Shown piece after piece: positions 10,311 through 47,706 of a DNA stretch of 64,000 bases (position 1 is its first letter; each line of letters begins with the position of its first letter). The notes below the pieces were generated by a model that saw only the letters and a program-made list of their open reading frames with translations, made no database searches and was not told the origin of the DNA. The position numbers were made by a program, and so were the translations under genes. Source of the DNA: Chrysomallon squamiferum (taxonomy: Eukaryota > Animalia > Mollusca); NCBI GenBank assembly GCA_012295275.1, contig CM022665.1, forward strand, positions 4,464,001-4,528,000. The letters are read 5' to 3'.

Positions 10311-13300
10311 ACTGAATTCTTTTCAAAACAAGAAGAAAAGAAAAGCAGAAACTGTTAACAGTTTATCTAAAGATTCTGGACGCCAGTTCAAGAGAATCCG
10401 AACATTTGTTTCGTCAAGTGACAGTGAAGATGATGGAAATAATTCAGAAAAGGTCACTGACACACAGCCCACTGATCTTGACAAAAATGCAAAAGAAGAA
10501 CGACTAAATTTCCTACATGATGCTTTCCCAAATCATAAAGCAGAGGTGATAAGAAATTTTACTGACTATTTTATTTTAAAAAATTGTCAAATAAGATTTT
10601 CTTAATTAAAAGATACTACTTTTGTTAATTAATTAGATGTTATTATTCATTATTTATTTATTAAATTAATTAACTATTTTCTCAGTATTATTGTGAACAC
10701 CCATATAAACTTACAGCTCTGCAAAAAAGTTAAGTTTATTTAACAAGTTGGCACCAACACTCTTGTTAATTTTCTTTTTTTTAATTTTTTTTTATATCAG
10801 TTATTTTTCAAACATCAGTTCGCCAAAGTTGCTCTTTCTATCAGAGTGATATTGTATATGACAAAAAAAAAAAAAAAAACCAACACGAATTACGTATGGT
10901 ACTGATTTGGATGCATTGAATTTGATCTCTGGCTGCAAGGAAGCAATCCAGTCTCGCAACTTGGTCATCAAGCTGATGAAACGTTGTGAGAAGATTGCCG
11001 AAGAGATGGAAACAGTTGTTTCAACAATCACCAACAACACGAAGTCAGTGAAAGGTTGCCACATTGACAAACAGCCGAGTCTTCTCAGTTCAGAGTACGA
11101 TAATCACTTTATTTTTATTTTTTTTGGTTTGGTTTGCTTGTTGTCTTAAGATATATGTTGTTTGGGGATCCAGAATTTAGAAATCTGGAAAACTTGAATC
11201 TTTTTTCTTTATTTACTTTAGTGTTTTCTCCAACTTTGTTATATTATACATTTGCTAGGCATTTTTGAATTAAGAGCATATAAATTTGAGAATTGAAAAA
11301 AGGGAGGTAAAACTCCCCCAAATCCCTCTAGAACCTGAAAAGACACATTATAAAAAAAATTGTTTAGTGGTAAACTGACAAATATTAGAATTAACTGAGC
11401 AGTTGTGAATGTATTTTTTTTTTTTTTTAGTAATGTCAATTTAATAGTATATTATTTTAAGAGAATATGTAAATAAAATTAATGCAAAAATTATTTTATT
11501 GAAGTCTTAAGAATTTGTATAATATATATATAAGTAAGGTGATTTCATAAGAATTTGATCTGTATTATTTATAAAGTGAATTAAAAAATCTATTCATTTA
11601 AAGAAATTCTATAAAGATAATGGGAATTTAAAATTTTATTATTTTATATACAAATTTAAAACTGTTTTATGTTTACTTTGTCAGTTTCACAATGAAGCCT
11701 TATCAGCTAATAGGACTGAACTGGCTGAAGATTATGCACACGCAACACTTGAATGGAATACTGGCTGATGAAATGGTGAGTAAAGAGAGGAATAAAAAAA
11801 CTGCATTTCATTGTTTATTACTTTTGTCTTCTGTTATAATTTATCTTAAACATGAAAACCCACACAGAAAACCCACACAGAAAACCCACACACAGGCACG
11901 ACACAGACATGTGTACACAGCACAGCATAAAACTCACAGTGCAACACACACACACACACACTGACAAACAGTAATATAATTGTGTATGGTTTTCAGAATA
12001 ATAGTTCTAAATATAAAATGAAATAGTAAATAATTACTTATTTGTTACCAAACAATTAGCTAATATAGCCAGACGTAATGTTATTGTTGTATGAAATAAT
12101 AATTATTTTCTTTTTTTGATGACCACACTGAACTAAATAATGTGGCAGTTGTCCTTATTATTAGTTTGAGTAAACATAAAATTACGAATATATGGGTATT
12201 TTGAAAGACTGATGTGACAAATATCTCAAATTTCCAAGCCATCTGTTTGTTATTAGAGCATAAGTGTACAGAACTAACAGAGATCTAACTCATTGACTAA
12301 AACAGTATATGATATATCTTTTACAAACACATTTTCTTCTAGGCAAATGCTGGTTTGAGTGTTTGCAACAATATTAATTACTGTTATAAAACACTGCTAT
12401 TATTAATCATTGTTATAAATATAACAGTAATAAATTATAAATATTGTAATATTATGTATTATTATTATAAAAGATTGTAATGTTATTAATTATTTATCAA
12501 TACTGTAATAATACTAATAACATTTATACTTATTGTAATAATGTTAATTATTGTCAGAATATTGGTAGGAGATGCATTAATCTGCAAGAAAAAACATAAT
12601 AGAAAATATACTATTTGTCCTGGTTTTAGGAACTTGGAAAAATTATTCAAGCAATAGCATTCCTTGCTCATTTGCTGGAAAACAAAATTACTGGACCACA
12701 TGTCATCATTGTGACATCTTCAACTATTGGTAATTATCAGTTATCAGTAAGTCTCTAATCATTTTTTCATATTCAACTGTCAGTAACTTCATATTCTAGT
12801 GTAATTTTCAACTATCAATAACTTTATATTCTAGTGTAATCTTTAACTATTAGCAACTTCATACTATGGTGTAATCACAAGCTGTCAGTAACTTCATATT
12901 CTCATGTAATCTTCAACTATCAGTAACTTCATATTCTCATGTAATCTTCAACTATCAGTAACTTCATATTCTCATGTAATCTTCAACTACCAGCAACTTC
13001 ATATTCCAGTATATTCTTCAACTAACTTGTGCCATCTTCATATTCCAATACAATTTTCAACGAACTTGTGCCATCTTCAGCTATCAATAAATTCCTTTCA
13101 TGTCATGTTCAGCTGCTAGTAAAATGCTATTCTGGTTTCATTTTCAATTTTCACTGAGTTCATATTGTGCCTTTGTTTACCAAAATTATCAGTGATACAA
13201 TTATTATTAATTTTTTTTTTCCCCAGAGAACTGGTTGCGTGAAATTAAAAAGTGGTGTCCTGCTCTTAATGTGATTGTTTATTATGGTTCTCTGGATGAA

Positions 13301-13335
13301 AGACGTGTTGCCAGACAGCGAATAATGTACAAAAA
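10311..13335 (+). pseudogene. SMARCAD1: SMARCAD1-like gene fragment, copy B
   Basis: Same five exons as copy A. Walker A is mutated (GLGKT to ELGKI at ~12630) and the fragment is truncated at the same point. Confidence 0.85.
12772..13090. repeat. ~35-bp minisatellite, about 9 units
   Basis: Same unit as 3295-3750. Confidence 0.85.
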
Positions 13336-13481
13336 CTGGTTTTAGATGTGTATGAATATTATCTTTTAAATACAATTTCGATCTTATCTTTTCTTTGTTT
13401 ATTTTATAATCGCGATATCCAAAAAGCTTACTCACCTCTGTGAAAAACTGACTGTATGATTTTACTTTATTGTTGTTGTTG

Positions 13482-13549
<68 letters not shown>

Positions 13550-13998
13550 CTTTCCTAACAAATAACCATAATTATGTATCAGCGTTTCCAGGCCCGATGA
13601 ATGAACGGAGCTAGGCATAAAATGCAGAGGCGAGTATATGGAAGATAGCGACTATAGCTGGCACTGAAATTGCGTCTCTGTCCAAACATCTGACACTCAT
13701 CTTTCAAATATCCTTGTCATAAAATCGTCTCAAAAATGTCAGTCACGTTTAATAAAAGTGCTCAGTGGCGGCCTGCCTTTCGTATGGCGTCCATCGTACA
13801 TTGGCGTACAGATGTGACTATAAAATATTCCAGTTTGTCAATATAAATAGAAATTTACTTGTATGTACAACATTGTCGTCTGAAATTGTTATTACTACTC
13901 CTACTACACCAACAATAACTACTACTGCTAATACTACTACCACCACCACCACCACTACCAATAGTTGAAAGACCAGTAGTTATTAAAGATATACTTAC

Positions 13999-14071
13999 TT
14001 TAGTGTTCAGTTATATTTCTGTGAGTTCTCTCCTACTCGTTCGAAATCATGCACAGAAATTTCCGGGTCAC
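13999..14071 (-). pseudogene. Inverted relic exon of peptide/EF-hand paralogue, copy B
   Basis: Reads DPEISVHDFERV on the minus strand followed by a GTAAGT donor. Confidence 0.7.
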
Positions 14072-14441
14072 TTGAAACAACAAAATATGATGATATTGAA
14101 TATTATTATTATTATTATTATTATTTATTATGAAAAAAATTCTATTCTGTGGAACATTCATCTTCTCAGCATTCTTTATTATCTACATTCGCTTGTTTAT
14201 ATTTAATTTTAGTTTGCAAATATTTACACGTATGTAATATTAATACATATATCCATACCAGAATTCTTTGTAAATTCTTACTCAGGGCGGCGCCATACTA
14301 TTTTACGTCTTAGGCAAGCCAACTGCACACACCCCAAACAAATAGCAAACTTCAAAGTTTGAAAAGATGTTTTGCAGAAAAATATAAATAGTTTAAAATT
14401 TTAAATTGTAAAAGTAAGTACCACAAGATACTATTAGCATT

Positions 14442-14711
14442 CAGGGCCGGGCCTAGTGTTTTTAGCGCCCCAGGCCTTTTAGTACCGGCGTCACGGAATG
14501 AGGGGAACGAATATTCGGGGGGAACAAATATTCTCTGACATCGGCGCTTCAGCTGAAGATCGCGGAAAGTATTTCTTTGTCAGTTCTTTTTACAGTTTGG
14601 CGCCCAAATGGGGACGGCATCCAATCAGACAAAATAACTTATACCTGAGTCTCTGGGGCATGCAATCAAGGAGTTGGCCTCGGGCATTACCAGACCTTTG
14701 CACGCCACTGA
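14442..14711. mobile_element. Degenerate GC-richer non-autonomous DNA-transposon (MITE)-like insert; counterpart at ~5066-5270 lacks the right end
   Basis: Begins cagggccgggcc and ends gcacgccactg (weak inverted termini). Composition contrasts with the flanks. Confidence 0.35.
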
Positions 14712-15409
14712 GCCGAGTCTGTTCTTATTGAAAGAATATCTGACACAAGAATGGTACCATTATCCTAGACACAGACCCCTCTTTTTCGACCATTTTAATC
14801 TGAAACTGAATATCCGTAATATGCATACGCATGAATAAACTAATTATTTCTAACTGTATTTAAATAAAATGTTTGCACTTTGCAACAGATGATCACGTTA
14901 CACCTTAAGTTGGCACCAATGTGTGACTGAACTGTACCATAATCACACGCTTTAATGCACTTCTAATTGAATTAATATCCTGTTCAGTGTAAAGATATAT
15001 TGTGATATACAATGAAACGAAACCACACGCCCAAGTCCGTGTGTGTACATGTGCACGTGTGCTTGCATATTCAGGAGTGAATATTATGAGTTTTCATGAA
15101 CTGGCACAGTGAAAACATAAAGTCCAATTACGACCTTATAAACAAAATAAATACATATCTGTAGGTATGAAAATGGTAATAATAATAAAATAAATAATAA
15201 ATTAATTAATGTTGTTGTTTTGTATACTTGTTGTCATTATGGATGTTAACATTATTATCAACATTTAAACTAACCTGTCAAAAATTGCTTACTGTTTATA
15301 TAGAAAGTATCATCGTTTAATATGAATAATCAGTTTTGCATATTTCTGCACTTCTTTTTTAGATTCTTCTTAATCCGTCTCCGCGTGTAGAAAACAAACC
15401 AACTCTCTT

Positions 15410-15531
<122 letters not shown>

Positions 15532-15570
15532 GTATAGATGGATTAATGCAGTATATACTGACAGGTAGCT

Positions 15571-15607
<37 letters not shown>

Positions 15608-15698
15608 AACTGATGTACGTAAATATTGTACAAATGTATTCATGCTAGATGGAGAGATGAAATAACGGATGAACAGAATGATCATATCTTTGTATCAG

Positions 15699-15864
15699 TT
15701 CCGGTTATCTTATGTGGTTACTGATCAGATATAACACATTTATTATGATTAATTTTGTCGAAACAAACATCCTGGTTTAACACATTTTTTCTATAAAAAA
15801 GAAGAAAAAAGACAGCATCAACAAATTCATCAGGCAGAGATAGAAAGGACTGGAAGAACTAAAG
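15699..15864 (+). promoter_or_regulatory. Putative promoter and non-coding exon 1 of peptide gene copy B
   Basis: ETS/GATA/RUNX-like cluster at 15699-15719, TATAAAA at 15792, donor AAG|GTAAGA at 15864. Confidence 0.55.
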
Positions 15865-16335
15865 GTAAGATGCATTTTTGTTTTTCAATGTCTTGTTTGT
15901 ATTTTCTATGTCTATTAACTCATCTTTCACACTTTTTTCTTGTCAAATGTAAAATACACTGAGTACGTAATTATGCGACATTGACTAAGATAATATAGGC
16001 TAATTGATAATAATGAGGTACCATATGTAATCGATGAGAAAAATTAAATAGAGATTTTCTGATAAAATCCAATGAGTAAATGACCGTACAGATTGAAAGA
16101 AAACTTTATTTATATTTGAAATATTCAAGGACCATGTAAAAGTAATATACTTTATGAACTGACAGACAAACGCTATGACAGACAAAATGACCGATACATT
16201 TCAACCTCTATATTGTTAAGAAGTATTTAATGTTTGAACGGACATTTTTAGTTGTTGATGTAGCATAAATATGGTTCTTAATGACTTTCATGACGAAGTA
16301 AAATAGGTAATATAAAAGTCACTTACATTCTGTAG

Positions 16336-17552
16336 ATGAGGTTTACCTTTTTGCTCCTGTTGGTGGTGGCGTTCGCCGGTGTGAACGAGTCAGAAGGCTG
16401 GAGATTCTGGAGACGAGTAAAGAGATTCTTGAGACATGTACACGTTAGTGCAAGCTATGACAGAAACCATGGTTTGCATGGGATAGTTACGTACCAAAAA
16501 AGAGGTATTTAGCTTTGAGATATATTACAAATACCGACTCTATTGTGTGTAAAAAGTTTAATATTTTAGCAGAATTAAAATCCATTATGCTTTTAAAGAC
16601 ACAAATGATATTTTATTTTAAATGAGAAGAAGGAAGTAAAAAGTAGAAAGTAAATAACAATTACATCTTTTTACGTTTTATAACATAAGACATTTCTTGT
16701 CTTGTTGGTCCAAAGGAGACTAGAATTTTTCAAAAGCCTTAATATAAGCTCCCCTTGTCTACAGTCAAGCGCACATAAAAGATGATGTTGTGCTAATCAA
16801 AACCATTGTAGACCATAGCATGACGGCTGCAATTTTCAATCCCATTATCAACGTTGTTTTTAATTCTATGTCTTGTTAAATGTAACAGTCGCACCGTTAT
16901 TTCTTACATCTTGCTATATCTGCGGAATTAATTATCTAATTTTACTTGTGAGCTATTTTCTTTTTCGTGTACTGACAGCTGTTTCGTCTGGGAAGCCATA
17001 GTTTAAATGAGCTTATATCATTATTTCCATCAACATATTAAAAATAAAAAAAAAAAAAAAAAAAAGAAAAGAAACTGCAATAGCCGAAGTTTAGATATTG
17101 TATAATCAACTGGGTTCTTTTTTATTACGTCAGCCATCTCAGAGATTGACAGCAACCACGACGGCGTCATTGATCAGACTGAACTGGAGAAAATCATGAG
17201 CAAACGAGACGCTGAGGATTTCCTGGACTTCGTTAACGAAAATGGTAAAACTATATTTTCCTACTTTCTTCTTCTTAAGTTGTATAACAGATATGCGTAC
17301 ATCCATGCATGCGTGTTCTTTTTTACATACAAAATCTATTAAAATAATTGTTGCTGTTATCCTTCATTAATACTAATTATAATAATAATAATAATACCAA
17401 CAACGACGACGACGTAAGCAACAACAACAACAATATTAAGACTACATTGTTAATATTTTCTGTCACTAAATAAAACTTTTCTTTGTATTATATAAGGTGA
17501 ATCGGACATCTCTGTGGAAGATTTTGAACGAATAGCGAGAGAACTGGCATAA
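16336..17552 (+). CDS. Secreted cationic peptide/EF-hand precursor, copy B, intact, 111 aa (exons 16336-16504, 17134-17244, 17497-17552)
   Basis: MRFTFLLLLVVAFAGVNESEG-WRFWRRVKRFLRHVHVSASYDRNHGLHGIVTYQ-KR-AISEIDSNHDGVIDQTELEKIMSKRDAEDFLDFVNENGESDISVEDFERIARELA*. Phase-1 GT-AG introns, canonical EF loop DSNHDGVIDQTE, a 3'UTR intron and AATAAA near 18007. Confidence 0.85.
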
Positions 17553-18398
17553 ACGGAATTACTGAACATTGATGTATGTTGATTTTTAAATGGAAACAGA
17601 AATAGTAGTAGTAGTACCACTACTACCAGTATTAGTATTATTAGTAGTAGAAATAGTAGCAGTAATACCACTATTACCAGTATTAGTAATAGTAGAAATA
17701 GTAGTAGTAGTAGCAATAACAGTAATAGCAGCTATAATGGTGATAGTATTGGTAGCAAAAGTACCGCTGACGATGGTAGTAGTAGTAGTAGTAGCAGCAG
17801 CAGTAGCAGCAGCAGTAATAATAGTTGTTATTGTTGCAGTTACAGTAGCAGAACGATAATAACGTTTCTCCGTCGATTATTTTTGAAAAGAAAAATGTCA
17901 GGTAGAGTGTTCAGTTGTTTAATTATTCTGCAAGTATCTTATTAATGTACTAAATCATTTTTGTATTGTCTTTCAGATGGACATTTTACATCTAGATGAT
18001 AATTTCAATAAAAGTGCATGGCCATGATTTTGGTTTTGTTATTTATTTCTCTAATTTACATCTTGGCCATATATCTGTTTGAAGTGAACGAAAGAAGAAA
18101 TATGATAAGAACATTATTTATTTGTTTGTTTCTTAACATACTCGTTAAGGATTCTACAATATATATTATGTAGGAATGAAACAAATAAGAACTAAGCAAA
18201 TATATTAAATGAAGTTATGTTGGTAACACCTAAGAAATGATGGAAACTTTGAATGAAGAAAGCTTTAAGAGTGGGTCAAAGACTGAAAGAATAAACTACA
18301 GAATGCACGCTGGCAACTGCGAATGAATAAATAACATGCTATTTCTTTTAGTCATTCCGATTGTATTGTTATTGTTATTATGATTATGATTATGATTA

Positions 18399-18451
<53 letters not shown>

Positions 18452-18941
18452 ACGTTGAAGGTATCATTTAGGCCTGTTTTGAACGAAGATGAAATCAGAA
18501 ACAAAGTCCTTTGAAAAATTAAAGAAGAACATTATTTGTTTATTTTTTGTTTGTTAATATATATGTTTGCTTGTTTGTTTATTTCTAAGAGAGACTGCAG
18601 TTCAGAATATTTGAATGAATGAATGAATGGGAAGAAATAGTACATCTGAAAAACAGCACAAACAATAAAAACAACAAAATCACACACGTAACAGCCAACC
18701 AAACGTTGTGGAAAAAAAAAATCAAACAATATAAAATTAAAATGCATTCTTTTTTTTATCTTAAATATCAACAAAAAATATTTTAACAAATAGGAGTGAT
18801 AATTCTTCAAGTATTAATCCTTAATTAGAAGATGGTAGCCTGAATTCATGTGGTGATACTGTGAATTATTTCAAGTTTCTTTGTATGTACATTTTTAATC
18901 TAAAATGCTAGCTTAATTAATTATTAGGAAAACGTTGTTAT

Positions 18942-19862
18942 TCACTTGTTCAGTGACTGCATAGCAATAACTTTGCTATATACATACTCAGCTACTGCTT
19001 TCCATCCTTGGGTAATTCCCTCTTGTATCTCAGCTTCAGTTGCATATACGGTATTAGCGTTCACTTCAATCAAGTACGGAACGCCACCAGGGCCATAAAT
19101 GAACTCTAGTGCTCCGTTCTCCAATCCTGTTCGTCGAAACAGGTTTTCGCATTTGGCAACAAGGTCGGGATCAAAGTCCTTGATGAGTTTTAATCTGTCC
19201 TTTGCTTGGTCTGCCGGACACGAATTGGTATTAAACCCGTCGCATTTCAAAGTTCTGCTGGCATATATAAATTTTTGTCCGACAAGTTCCACTCGGTAAA
19301 GACCGTCATCGGCGGGGAGGTAACTCTGTATGAGGTATAACCCTGTGAAAGAGTTAAGCGGTTCCTCGTTCGCTTCAAATTCTGAAAGACAGTTAAAGAG
19401 CCTGATATCGAAACCATAACCCCCTCTGTCTGGTTTTATTACGAAAGGGCTGTCTTTTCCGAAATATTTTGCAATGAGACAACTCGATGGTTTAGAAGTA
19501 AATATCGTTTTAGGAATAGTTATTCCGCTTTCGCGCGCACATAAGTACTGATAAGCCTTACTGTTTTCCAACTCGATGGAAGCGATTCCGTTTACTACAG
19601 TCTTGTTATGTCCTGCCAGCCAATTGATAATCAACCGGGCTTGATCCAGCGACTGCGCATGCCCACGGTGGTGTGCAGAAGGGCTGCATCGGTTGTAGAA
19701 TACAGTGTTGACTGGCGGAACCGACGTGAGATCAACGTCGGTTTCATCTGACAACCATCCTTCGAGGATGATGTCATAATCAGCGAATGCTTTCTGCAAC
19801 ATCGGCCACCATTTTGGATTGTCGTGTATGATTACGATTCTGGGTTTGTCATTAGCCATCAT
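18942..19862 (-). CDS. ATP-grasp ligase, RimK/alpha-L-glutamate ligase-like, 306 aa, intronless CDS
   Basis: Motifs VFYNRCSPS, VVNG..SIELENSKAYQY, IPKT, PFVIKPDRGGYG, LIQSY, YRVELVG, CPAD and IEVNANT (ATP-grasp ExN metal-binding motif). Confidence 0.88.
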   Translation of the reverse strand: MMANDKPRIVIIHDNPKWWPMLQKAFADYDIILEGWLSDETDVDLTSVPPVNTVFYNRCSPSAHHRGHAQSLDQARLIINWLAGHNKTVVNGIASIELENSKAYQYLCARESGITIPKTIFTSKPSSCLIAKYFGKDSPFVIKPDRGGYGFDIRLFNCLSEFEANEEPLNSFTGLYLIQSYLPADDGLYRVELVGQKFIYASRTLKCDGFNTNSCPADQAKDRLKLIKDFDPDLVAKCENLFRRTGLENGALEFIYGPGGVPYLIEVNANTVYATEAEIQEGITQGWKAVAEYVYSKVIAMQSLNK

Positions 19863-20015
19863 CTGCTACTGCGATGAGAAATAAAATATAATTTGTCAAA
19901 CATTAATCACTGTAAATGATGATAATAATTACAGTTAAGCTTGTCTTCGTATAAAGGTTATGAATAAATTCGCTACAGGTGTAAAACTGAGTGTAATATT
20001 GATACAGTAGAAATA

Positions 20016-20773
20016 CAGTGGTACCTTGACTTACTAGTTAATTCGTAACTCAATTTGCTCGTATATCAAATCAGTTTTCCCAACTGGAATTAATCAAAAT
20101 ACCGTTAATCCGTTCCAGCCAGGCAAAAACCACTTCATTTGTTTTTTGATAACGTGTTTTTAAATAAGGAAAAAAATGTATTTATAAATGACAAATATTG
20201 TATAAAAAGCAAAATAAAAGAGAATGCAAAGAAATAAATTGGTTTTGTCAGATATATTTATCTTGGAGATCAGACAAACTATTTTAACGCCTTTGGCTGG
20301 AGTTACAGCGTTTATCGACTTCTTCAGTTTCAGTATGGTACATATCGTAGAAGTACTACGCTTGTACTGCCTAGCCAAGTCAACAAGATGAACCGTTCGC
20401 TTACGTTTTTCTATAAATTCAAGCTTTAATTCAATGGACATGATCCGCTTCTTCTTCTCAGCAGTTCTTTGCACTCAGTTTCTTAGGATCCATGGCCAGA
20501 AAAAAAGAAATTTGGGAAAATACTGCACAATACAACAGAGATACGCGAGCACAGCACAACAGACATGCGAGGTAACCACGTGAAGTAAACGAATGAAACG
20601 CGTGATGCTGGCCGGATGTTATGTTGTTCGTTGCGCCAACTAGCGGCGGCATATCTGAAGCTCGCTCGTAACTCGGATTTTGGCTCGCATCTCAAAGAAA
20701 AACCTCGACCTGGCGACTGTTCGTAACTCGAAAAAATCGTATGTTGGGGCACTCGTTAGTCGAGATACCACTG
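20016..20773 (-). mobile_element. Internally deleted Tigger/pogo-like DNA transposon
   Basis: TIRs cagtggtaccttgacttactagt / cagtggtatctcgactaacgagt, TA on both flanks, and remnant KKRIMSIELKLEFIEK...LVDLARQYKRSTSTICTILK (CENP-B/psq-type HTH). Confidence 0.88.
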
Positions 20774-21562
20774 TATATGCAAACGTATCTGTTTTATGAA
20801 AATGTGTGTGTGTGTGTGTTTGTATGTGTATGTATACGATAGTGAAACATGAAACAAACTTCTTCACACACACGTTCAGAAATACGGAAACAAAAACTAA
20901 AAGATATTACTCTTCTTAAAATATATATTTCTTACAGCTTTTAATGGGTTTTATTTTACATGATAATTACATACCTACAAATAACGTAAATATAGTTTAT
21001 ATATTCCCAGTCACCGCTGACAATAAAATGTATTTGCTCATAAGTTACACGGTGCTGACATACTTCCCTTTATCATTAACTTCTTATCTTACATAAAATT
21101 ACAATAAAAAATCTGCATGTATCTGCATGCCTTTTTCGTTTTAGTCAATCCATATATTTGTTAGTTACGAAATAACGTCGCGATAAAAATGAAGAAACAA
21201 ACCTGAATTTAAACCCCACGAACTAATTATTCCACGTTGTACCTTACTGTCAGCTAAGATTAGGGGTAATAGAGATAACACTAACTCGAAAAATATATAA
21301 TATATGCAAAATGTTTTGGTATTAAATTTGAAAGCTTTCACTCAGAGGTAAAGACTGACACTTAATCAGAAACGAAATATGTAGGTTATTGTTAAATGAG
21401 TTCAAAGTAATCAAAATATTAGTCTTAAGTGAATGACATAACAACAACAACAACAACAGCAACAATAACAGTAGTCGTAGTCGTAGTAGTAGTAGTAATA
21501 GTAACTTTATACTTAAATCTTAGCGATTTTAGAATAAATATAAAATATTATCTATGAATTAC

Positions 21563-21658
21563 CTTGACCTGCGATGACCGATTTTTTTTTCTGCACCTGT
21601 TTGCTTACCACTGACGCACGGTGATTTCTGAACACAACGTGCGATACAGCTTATATAA
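21563..21658 (-). promoter_or_regulatory. Putative TATA promoter and non-coding first exon of the ATP-grasp gene
   Basis: Minus-strand TATATAAG (21650-21657), Inr-like TTCAGA near 21630, donors G|GTAAGC (21608) and AG|GTAATT (21562). Matching pyrimidine-rich acceptor (cag-tag-cag) at 19863-19885 directly before the ATG. Confidence 0.55.
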
Positions 21659-22136
21659 TGCGGTCTCGTGATCTTCAGTCAAAGCGTAGGCCGCGTTTGT
21701 TTATCGAAAGATCAGAACGAAATATAAAGAAAAGAAAAGAAACAACTAAAAAAAAAAAAAAAAAAAAAAAAAATCATGAACAAAAAGAAACGACAACAAC
21801 AAACACACAAAAGAAACAACAAGAAGCAAAACCAAACAAAAACAACTAGAACAACATGATCATACTGGTTAAATCTTGGAAATCTCGAACACTGAAACAA
21901 CACAAACTTAAACCTCTGTTATGAAGGAGAGCTCAAATGTCAAGACTATCAAACGACAGTTTAGACTAACAACAGAAACTAAAACTACTGTTATGAAGGA
22001 GAGCTCAAATGTCAGTTTAGGTCACTGTCTTAATCTATGACTAAGCTGTATTATGAATGCGAGTATTACGTAGCTTTTGATACACGGTGTAATAAACAGT
22101 GTGCTTAACGATGTCAAACCAACTCTTTCATTTTGT

Positions 22137-22180
<44 letters not shown>

Positions 22181-23350
22181 TTTAAAATCTTTATATCTAA
22201 AGACTAACAAGTTACATAACAAACATTAACCCATTTGCTTTTGTGTACCAAGACAAAAGTGTTTTAAAACCAGTATCTATAAACAGACGACTGTTAAAGA
22301 GATCTCATCAAATTTTAGTATTAATGGTGGTTCGGCATCAGTCATATATTTTATATAATATGGTTTGAAAGAGAAAACCCACTGCCGCTATTTCATGACT
22401 CTCTGTTACGAATTAGCCCTAAGTGGTGTTTTATAAGTATTTTGACATGACAGCACGTACCACAAGCTCTGATTAATCTGTCATGGGGTACAACTTGGAA
22501 TGCTAAAATAATACTGCAGGATTGATACTTCGACCTACCAAATCTTTGCGCGCGGTTTGATTGTGACAGTATGTAACACCAGCAGCAGCAGCAGCAGCAG
22601 CAACAACAACAACAACAATAATTGAGAGAGAGAGGGGAATGCAAATAATTAAAAATGTCATGATTATTTTCATTCATCTTTATCCTATTTTAAGAAAAAG
22701 AAATAAGAATATATCATGCTTTGTAAAATACATATTTCTAAACAGGGAGTATTGTTAAATCCTTTCGTCGTGGAATCAGTACCGACACCTTTACATAAAG
22801 AAATAGAATAATAATAAAAAAATAAAAATAAAAAAAATAATAATAATAACAACAACAACAATAAAATATAAGAATAACGCTGTAAGGCGTACGTGTAGTA
22901 ACGCTTTATATCGTTCTGAATAGTATTTATATGTATTATAAAAGAACAATTAATCTCCTTCTAATAGTTTTTTAAATTTTAAGAAAATAATGTCAAATAT
23001 AGTATAGCTAACAATTTTTATTTATGACAAAAAAATAAAAAATGAAACAAATTAAATATAAATATTAAAAATAAAAAATAAATAAAAAGTAAAATATAAA
23101 AACATCCTCAAACAACCTCAGTGTGCCCAAAATGTATTAGAAATACTAATTCTCCACTCAGTTAATTCTTCATTGTGAATAAATATATTGAGGAAATACG
23201 GTAAAGTGTCCCTCAGACGGAAAATCTCGTCTTCCGACATTGTCATTGTGTTCAGCTTCCATTGCAGTGATATCACTAGTCCGTGCTACCAAACTACAAT
23301 GATATATTATTTTAACTGTTAACACAGTCGTCTTTCTTGATCTAAACACA

Positions 23351-47706
<24,356 letters not shown>

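Noticed and set aside
21917-22014. 27-bp direct repeat ctgttatgaaggagagctcaaatgtca, two copies
   Set aside because: Small local duplication with no coding or element context.
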